Below, one piece after another: positions 27,385 to 32,000 of a stretch of 32,000 nucleotides of DNA. A program made the position numbers and the translations under genes. The stretch comes from Nostoc sp. PCC 7120 = FACHB-418 (GTDB lineage Bacteria > Cyanobacteriota > Cyanobacteriia > Cyanobacteriales > Nostocaceae), in contig NC_003272.1 of the NCBI RefSeq assembly GCF_000009705.1, positions 2,400,001 to 2,432,000 on the forward strand, in the 5' to 3' direction. Every line of letters begins with the position of its first letter. Positions within the stretch are counted from its first letter, which is position 1. Below the pieces are notes generated by a model. The model worked only from the letters and a program-made list of their open reading frames with translations, made no database searches and was not told the DNA's origin.

Positions 27385-27720
27385 TTATTTTCTAGAATTA
27401 TGTTCTTCAAGAGCGCCATGAGCGATAGGAATTAAAAGGAGCGTAAGTGTCCATAACGCTCCACCAGCAACGGCTTCTAGCTGCTCATCTGATAATTCTA
27501 CATCTTCTAAGTTAGGGCGTGCAGGAATTACAAAATAGAGGTTAGAAGCATTTTCTTCCATGACGTGAACTGTTATTCCCTCTGGTAATTGAACACCAAA
27601 TTCTTGTTCAACTATTTTTTTAGGATTGTTCAGTAATTCCTGTCTGTAAGCTTCATCTTTCCATGCTTGCACAATGATTTGTGCTTCAACATCTTTACGA
27701 GTTTTAGTTTGCTCACTCAT
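27385..27720 (-). CDS. NHLP-leader RiPP precursor 3; predicted core ALWTLTLLLIPIAHGALEEHNSRK
   Basis: 111 aa. The leader is 71/87 identical to that of precursor 2. AGGAGA Shine-Dalgarno sequence upstream. The core is 27388-27459. Confidence 0.92.
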   Translation of the reverse strand: MSEQTKTRKDVEAQIIVQAWKDEAYRQELLNNPKKIVEQEFGVQLPEGITVHVMEENASNLYFVIPARPNLEDVELSDEQLEAVAGGALWTLTLLLIPIAHGALEEHNSRK

Positions 27721-27853
27721 TCCATTTATCTCCTAACACTACTAAGGTGGAAATTAAGTTATTACTTAAATTAAGTTTATAAAAAAAACGCTAAGGACAC
27801 AATGTACTTTTTTTAGTTAATACTACGTTTTTTTTATTTTAATTTTAAATATG

Positions 27854-28042
27854 TTAATGATTTGTTTTTTGCCAAATAATAGCAGTCAATTCTGCTATAT
27901 CTAAAGCCTGTTTAGCCTTAATTACTTCTCTCAAAAAAGCTCGTTCATCTTCCCAAGCAAACCGAGGTAGGAGAGGTTGAGAAACTAACAGTTCTTCAGA
28001 GGAAATGTTTGCGTCCTGATTTTCTTCGTTTAAATGATTCAT
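27854..28042 (-). CDS. 62-aa acidic/helical hypothetical protein translationally coupled to the rSAM/SPASM gene (possible accessory subunit)
   Basis: Its ATG (28042-28040) overlaps the TGA of the upstream rSAM gene (28041-28039) as ATGA. MNHLNEENQDANISSEELLVSQPLLPRFAWEDERAFLREVIKAKQALDIAELTAIIWQKTNH. No recognisable motif. Confidence 0.5.
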   Translation of the reverse strand: MNHLNEENQDANISSEELLVSQPLLPRFAWEDERAFLREVIKAKQALDIAELTAIIWQKTNH

Positions 28043-29301
28043 CTTGCTACAGAATAAAAAAGTTCAGATTTACTTTGCCAACTATCCGGCCATTGGATGG
28101 AGTCAGCCGTAAAGTGGAGTGGATCATTTTCTATCCAGGGTGCATCAAGTGGTTCTTCAATGATGGTAAATTCGCCATTATCGAAGGGAACTCCTGGGGC
28201 TGACACTTTTGGATAAACTCGCTCTCGTAAGCCACGCTTTGCTAATTCTAGGGCGCGATGGTGGCAGTAAGGATTGTTACCCCGACGATTGAAGAATACG
28301 TGTGCTGTCCAAGTGCAACCCCCGCGACACAATTCGGCAAATTTACAAGTCTTGCAGAATCCCCACAAGTACGCTGTTCCTTCGGGTGTACCAGCATAGA
28401 GATTGAACTGCAATTCTTCGGATTGTTCTACAATTTCCCTTAGTGGACGTTCTCGGATATTGCCACCTGCATAAGCGGTTGTTGGTAGGGAAGGGCAGCC
28501 TTTAATTGTGCCGTCCGCCTCTAAACCTAAAGTTGATAGCCCAGCACCGCAACCCCGCCAAAATCCCCACTCTTTACCTTGTCCCCGCAGCAACCGTTCA
28601 TAAGGCCCGTAGTAACCGATGTTGTTACCAGCAGCAACTCTTACCCCTTCGGTGTTAGCTCGTTGAGCAACACGAGCCAGCATAGGATATAAGTCTAATA
28701 GCTCAGAGGGTTGGAGAAGGATATCTGCATTGTCGGCGGCATTTCCCATTGGCACAGTTAGTTGAATTTGCCATGCTCGCGCGCCTGCATCGCGGATATG
28801 CTCATAAATACTAGGAAATTCAGGGGCAGACAGACGGTTGATTTGGGTATTACAGCCGAAGAGAATGCCAACTTCTTTAAGGTAGCTCATGGTTCTTAAG
28901 CCAGACTTCCAAGAGCCTTTTCGTCCCCGTAAATGATCATGGGTTGCTTCCATGCCATCGGTAGAAACAGAAACTTTTGCAATTCCTGCTTCTTTCATAC
29001 GCTGTGCCATTTCCAAAGAGATGCCATAACCCCCCGTAGTCATGCCGCAGAGCATACCAGCATCGGTAATAGCTTTCGCAATTACTAACCAGTCTGGACG
29101 TAGAAAAGCCTCTCCGCCAATGAGAGTTACTTCTTTAATTCCCACCTCAGCTAATTGCTGAACAAGGTTAAGAGCTTCTGCTGTCGAGAGTTCTTGATGC
29201 CTTGCCTGTCCTGCCCGTGAACCACAATGACTACAAGCAAGATTGCATTTCAATGTGATTTCCCAAACGGCATAACTGGTTCGATGGTGTTTTTCAGACA
29301 T
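28039..29301 (-). CDS. Radical SAM/SPASM-domain RiPP maturase (splicease-like or epimerase-like; chemistry unresolved)
   Basis: CNLACSHCGS (C-x3-C-x2-C) lies near the N-terminus. C-terminal Cys-rich SPASM-type region GCGAGL...GCPSLP...WGFCKTCKFAELCRGGCTWTAHV...YCHH. The track start at 29340 is a TTG; I prefer the ATG at 29301 (MSEKHHRTSYAVWEITLK). Confidence 0.9.
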   Translation of the reverse strand: MSEKHHRTSYAVWEITLKCNLACSHCGSRAGQARHQELSTAEALNLVQQLAEVGIKEVTLIGGEAFLRPDWLVIAKAITDAGMLCGMTTGGYGISLEMAQRMKEAGIAKVSVSTDGMEATHDHLRGRKGSWKSGLRTMSYLKEVGILFGCNTQINRLSAPEFPSIYEHIRDAGARAWQIQLTVPMGNAADNADILLQPSELLDLYPMLARVAQRANTEGVRVAAGNNIGYYGPYERLLRGQGKEWGFWRGCGAGLSTLGLEADGTIKGCPSLPTTAYAGGNIRERPLREIVEQSEELQFNLYAGTPEGTAYLWGFCKTCKFAELCRGGCTWTAHVFFNRRGNNPYCHHRALELAKRGLRERVYPKVSAPGVPFDNGEFTIIEEPLDAPWIENDPLHFTADSIQWPDSWQSKSELFYSVAR

Positions 29302-29339
29302 AGTTTTGCCCAGTGTTTTGGTATTAGCTGTGTAAGTCA

Positions 29340-29378
29340 AAAGCTGTTATGGATTTATATGATGCGTATAACAGCTTT
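29340..29378 (-). terminator. 11-bp perfect stem-loop between the Nif11 precursor and the rSAM/SPASM gene (attenuator candidate)
   Basis: aaagctgttat (29340-29350) pairs with ataacagcttt (29368-29378) with a 17-nt loop. On the sense strand the stem ends in UUU followed by U. Confidence 0.35.
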
Positions 29379-29405
29379 TATAATTACGGCGATGACGTTT
29401 GATAG

Positions 29406-29729
29406 CTATGAAAGATAATCGCGTGGATCAAGTGGATCAAGAATTACACCGTACAGAGCAACTACACCAGGGAAGATACCTTTGATCCAATGAATAGTTT
29501 TTGTTCCACCAGCGATCGCTGCTAATTCCGCTTCGTTAAGTTCCTCATCAGGGGAACTAGTTTCTAAAATCTCAGCAGTAGCAGTTTCCCATTCTTCTTC
29601 TGTGAAATTATATCCTGTTCCTTGTAAGAAACTTATACGTTCTTCGCTGGAATAACTTTCAATTTGAGTGCGGAAAGTTGGATCTGTTGTGATTCTCTGA
29701 TAAAAAGCTTTTGCGCTTTCAATAGACAT
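29406..29729 (-). CDS. Nif11-leader RiPP precursor; predicted core TKTIHWIKGIFPGVVALYGVILDPLDPRDYLS
   Basis: From the ATG at 29729 (AAGAGG Shine-Dalgarno sequence upstream): MSIESAKAFYQRITTDPTFRTQIES...GYNFTEEEW...ELNEAELAAIAGG, a Nif11-type leader with a double glycine. The core is 29409-29504. The Tyr-Gly codons are at 29448-29453. Confidence 0.88.
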   Translation of the reverse strand: MSIESAKAFYQRITTDPTFRTQIESYSSEERISFLQGTGYNFTEEEWETATAEILETSSPDEELNEAELAAIAGGTKTIHWIKGIFPGVVALYGVILDPLDPRDYLS

Positions 29730-29841
29730 ACAAATACCTCTTATGAATAACAAAAACATTAAAAGAAATAAACTAATAGAACAATGCAGAATTTTTGGAT
29801 AAGACTCTGTTTTTTTTCGTTAGATATTTATTAGGAAAAAT

Positions 29842-30936
29842 TTAACTTACTTTTAATCTTCCCAACATCCAATCAAATCTTTTACCAGCGATCGCCATCC
29901 TATCTAAAGTGTTAATATCTAATTCATCGTCATACTCTAGCCCTTCACGTAAAGATTGACCCCGGCTATAAACTCGCCTACCATAACCAAGCTGACTCAC
30001 CATTGCTTGCGATCGCTGGGACAGTAAAGACGCAATTACTCGGTAAAATCTTGATGCAAATCCCACATCTTGTTGTAACTTTGCGGCTAGTTGCTGTCGG
30101 GGAATTGCTAAGACTACAGAATTTTCAATTGCCTTAACAGTTGCAGGGGGTAAACTACCATCTATAAAGGGTGTTTCGCCGATGATTTCACCTTTAGATA
30201 ATTTGGCTATTTCTCTACCAGGAATTTCATGACCCTCAATAGCTGCAAAAGCACGCGCTAAAGGATTCTGTTCATCTGGGGAAATAGACAAGGACATTTT
30301 TCCATAGAGGAGAATATACAGTGCGTCTACAGTTCCTTGTTCATGGATGAGTATGGTATTAGCTGGGATTTTTTGGGGAGTACCAGAAGCCATCATCCAA
30401 TCTATGTCACTATCGTGTAATTCTCCCAGGATAAACAGCACATCTCGTAGATGTTGACTTTGTGCTAGGTTACGACGACCAAGTTGATGGATGGTATTTT
30501 GTATTCTATCGGAAATAATGATGGCGATCGCTCGATAAAAATGCGCCGCAAAACCCACATCTTGCTGTAATTTCGCCGCTAATTCTCCAACCGGAATTGA
30601 CATCACCAGGGACTTTTCCACAGCTTTAATCGTAGTAGCTGGTGGACGTGTCCCAATTAAGGGACTTTCTCCCATTATCTCACCCCTAGATAATCTCCCA
30701 ATCTCCTTACCGAAGATTTCGTTCCCCTCAATAGCTGCAAAAGCACGAGTTAGGGGATTATCTTCTGGTTGCGGGATAGTAACGCTGAATGTACCATCTA
30801 ATAAAATATGTAAAAAATCAGCAGCTTTTCCTGGTTGAATAAGTGTAGTACCAGCCGCTATTTCTCTTTGATGACCTATCGCAACCATCCAGTCAATATC
30901 ACTTTTAGTTAGTTCTTTGAGTAAAACTTCTGTCAT
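29842..30936 (-). CDS. Tandem cyclic-nucleotide-binding-like domain protein (bacteriocin transport-associated type)
   Basis: There are two internally homologous halves (SDIDWMVAIG...RGEIMGESPLIGTRPPATTIKAVE...LQQDVGFAAHFYR and SDIDWMMASG...KGEIIGETPFIDGSLPPATVKAIE...LQQDVGFASRFYR). I prefer the ATG at 30936 (MTEVLLKEL); the track start at 30948 is a TTG. Confidence 0.85.
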   Translation of the reverse strand: MTEVLLKELTKSDIDWMVAIGHQREIAAGTTLIQPGKAADFLHILLDGTFSVTIPQPEDNPLTRAFAAIEGNEIFGKEIGRLSRGEIMGESPLIGTRPPATTIKAVEKSLVMSIPVGELAAKLQQDVGFAAHFYRAIAIIISDRIQNTIHQLGRRNLAQSQHLRDVLFILGELHDSDIDWMMASGTPQKIPANTILIHEQGTVDALYILLYGKMSLSISPDEQNPLARAFAAIEGHEIPGREIAKLSKGEIIGETPFIDGSLPPATVKAIENSVVLAIPRQQLAAKLQQDVGFASRFYRVIASLLSQRSQAMVSQLGYGRRVYSRGQSLREGLEYDDELDINTLDRMAIAGKRFDWMLGRLKVS

Positions 30937-30973
30937 AACTAAGACCAATTATTTATCTACGTTGATACAAAAT

Positions 30974-31957
30974 CTATGACGCTGGTGTAAGTCCCAAGCA
31001 ATTACTCTGTAATCTGTCTAAAGTGTTCTGGATGAAAAAGTGTGCTTCTTGGGTAGCCAATTCTTCTAATGTCAAATATGTCAAAGTGATTAACATTAGG
31101 ATTTGCATATTAGTATCTGTTAGCTTTTGGGCGTATTGAGCATGGAAACGCTGTAAGTTTTCGGCGGCGGCTTTTACCAATGCTTGTAAAATTACAAAAG
31201 CTCCATCAGAAAGTGGCGGTTTACCGCGATAGTTTTGCAGTCTACCTCCTTCTCGATATTGAGGAAATGATTCTAAGCCTAAAAATCGTAAGAACCAGTT
31301 TGCTTGGTAATAACCAGTAGCAGCAATAATGCCTCTATAGTCGGCAATTAATTCGTCAAATATATTATTTCGCATAGAGTTAAATAGACGATATGTTAAA
31401 TAGTGAGTACATTCATGTTCTAGACGAATTGTGAGTGACAATTTTTGCCATTGTGATGCTTTTAGTCCTATTTCTTCGGCTGAAATATTGCTATATGGGA
31501 TATTACTTAAAATAATAAATGTATCTTGATAGAGATGTTTCTGTAGGATTAATCGTTGAAACTCTGTATTCCAATTAGAGGCAAAATGCTCTACTTCCCA
31601 TTTTTGGCGATATTGACGAATCCTGTCCCAATTGTTGAACCCACGAACTATACAAGCTCCCATTGATTGAGGAATAGGTTGGGGTTCGTTATGCTTTGTT
31701 AAGGCTTGCACTAGAGACACAAAATCTTCTCTGTTTTCAGTTAGTAATACGGGGATTGTTCCCGCCAAACTTTGATGGAGGATTAATTGGAGTTTTTGGG
31801 GTTGCTGTAAGACTAAACCAGATGCTTCTAACATCCCATTTGTTGATACACCCTTACGAGTGGCTTTTCTATAGGCTTCTGTCTGAGAGATCCCTTTTTG
31901 GATGGGAAATTGTAACTGTACTAACTTCTGTTTGAGTACTGCAAATGCGCCTATCAT
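30974..31957 (-). CDS. Hypothetical protein with an HExxH motif (LEHECTHY); first gene of the co-directional cluster within the window
   Basis: 327-aa ATG-initiated ORF that is mostly helical. The only recognisable feature is HECTH followed 20 residues later by DELIADY. It lies 25 nt upstream of the cNMP-like gene on the same strand. Confidence 0.7.
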   Translation of the reverse strand: MIGAFAVLKQKLVQLQFPIQKGISQTEAYRKATRKGVSTNGMLEASGLVLQQPQKLQLILHQSLAGTIPVLLTENREDFVSLVQALTKHNEPQPIPQSMGACIVRGFNNWDRIRQYRQKWEVEHFASNWNTEFQRLILQKHLYQDTFIILSNIPYSNISAEEIGLKASQWQKLSLTIRLEHECTHYLTYRLFNSMRNNIFDELIADYRGIIAATGYYQANWFLRFLGLESFPQYREGGRLQNYRGKPPLSDGAFVILQALVKAAAENLQRFHAQYAQKLTDTNMQILMLITLTYLTLEELATQEAHFFIQNTLDRLQSNCLGLTPAS

Positions 31958-32000
31958 TTTGGCTGTAACTGCATATTTTTCCCAAGCTTCTATATGGAGT

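Noticed and set aside
27781-27835. A8CG ... CGT8 inverted repeat between the 62-aa ORF and precursor 3; possible bidirectional terminator
   Set aside because: The stem would be almost purely A:U and it flanks a 35-nt interior without a GC-rich hairpin. It is too weak to call.
30974-31957. Idea that the 327-aa protein is a peptide arginase (OspR-like), as in landornamide-type NHLP + LanM + epimerase clusters
   Set aside because: I see none of the ureohydrolase-type metal motifs (GGDHS / DAHxD / SxDxDxxDP-like). Only HExxH is present, and the cores contain few Arg.

Overview
The window looks like a Nostocales-type cyanobacterial chromosome. It carries HIP1 palindromes (GCGATCGC), STRR-type heptamer arrays (CCCCA[A/G]T / GGGGA[C/A/T]T) and cyanobacterial DnaA boxes (TTTTCCACA). 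All functional calls come from motif recognition by eye; no HMM or BLAST search was possible.

Positions 1-10 kb are housekeeping. They hold a 3'-truncated membrane-protein ORF that is missing from the ORF track, def, an HtrA-type protease, and dnaA - oriC (six perfect DnaA boxes) - dnaN. Two peptide-type ABC permeases, a SAM methyltransferase, a conserved hypothetical and a NUDIX hydrolase follow.

Positions 10-13.7 kb hold small hypotheticals, a PadR regulator, a membrane protein and a secreted Cys-motif protein.

Positions 13.8-32 kb are one uninterrupted minus-strand RiPP gene cluster. In transcription order it encodes:
- an HExxH protein
- a tandem cNMP-binding-like protein
- a Nif11-leader precursor
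- a radical SAM/SPASM enzyme with a translationally coupled 62-aa ORF
- two paralogous NHLP-leader precursors
- an unannotated 50-aa membrane ORF
- a ProcM-like (CCG-type) LanM
- a third NHLP precursor
- a B12-type radical SAM enzyme
- HlyD, a C39-peptidase ABC exporter and a cNMP-domain ABC exporter

The most interesting points:
- None of the four double-glycine precursors contains any cysteine, although the LanM cyclase looks intact.
- A lone Tyr-Gly motif in the Nif11 core lies next to the rSAM/SPASM + small-ORF pair, which makes that pair a splicease-like candidate.
- A KDFGxEIYK core motif recurs three times: in a core, in an out-of-frame duplication across that core's stop codon, and in the tail of the 50-aa membrane ORF.
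- The enzyme block forms a low-GC mosaic within the cluster.
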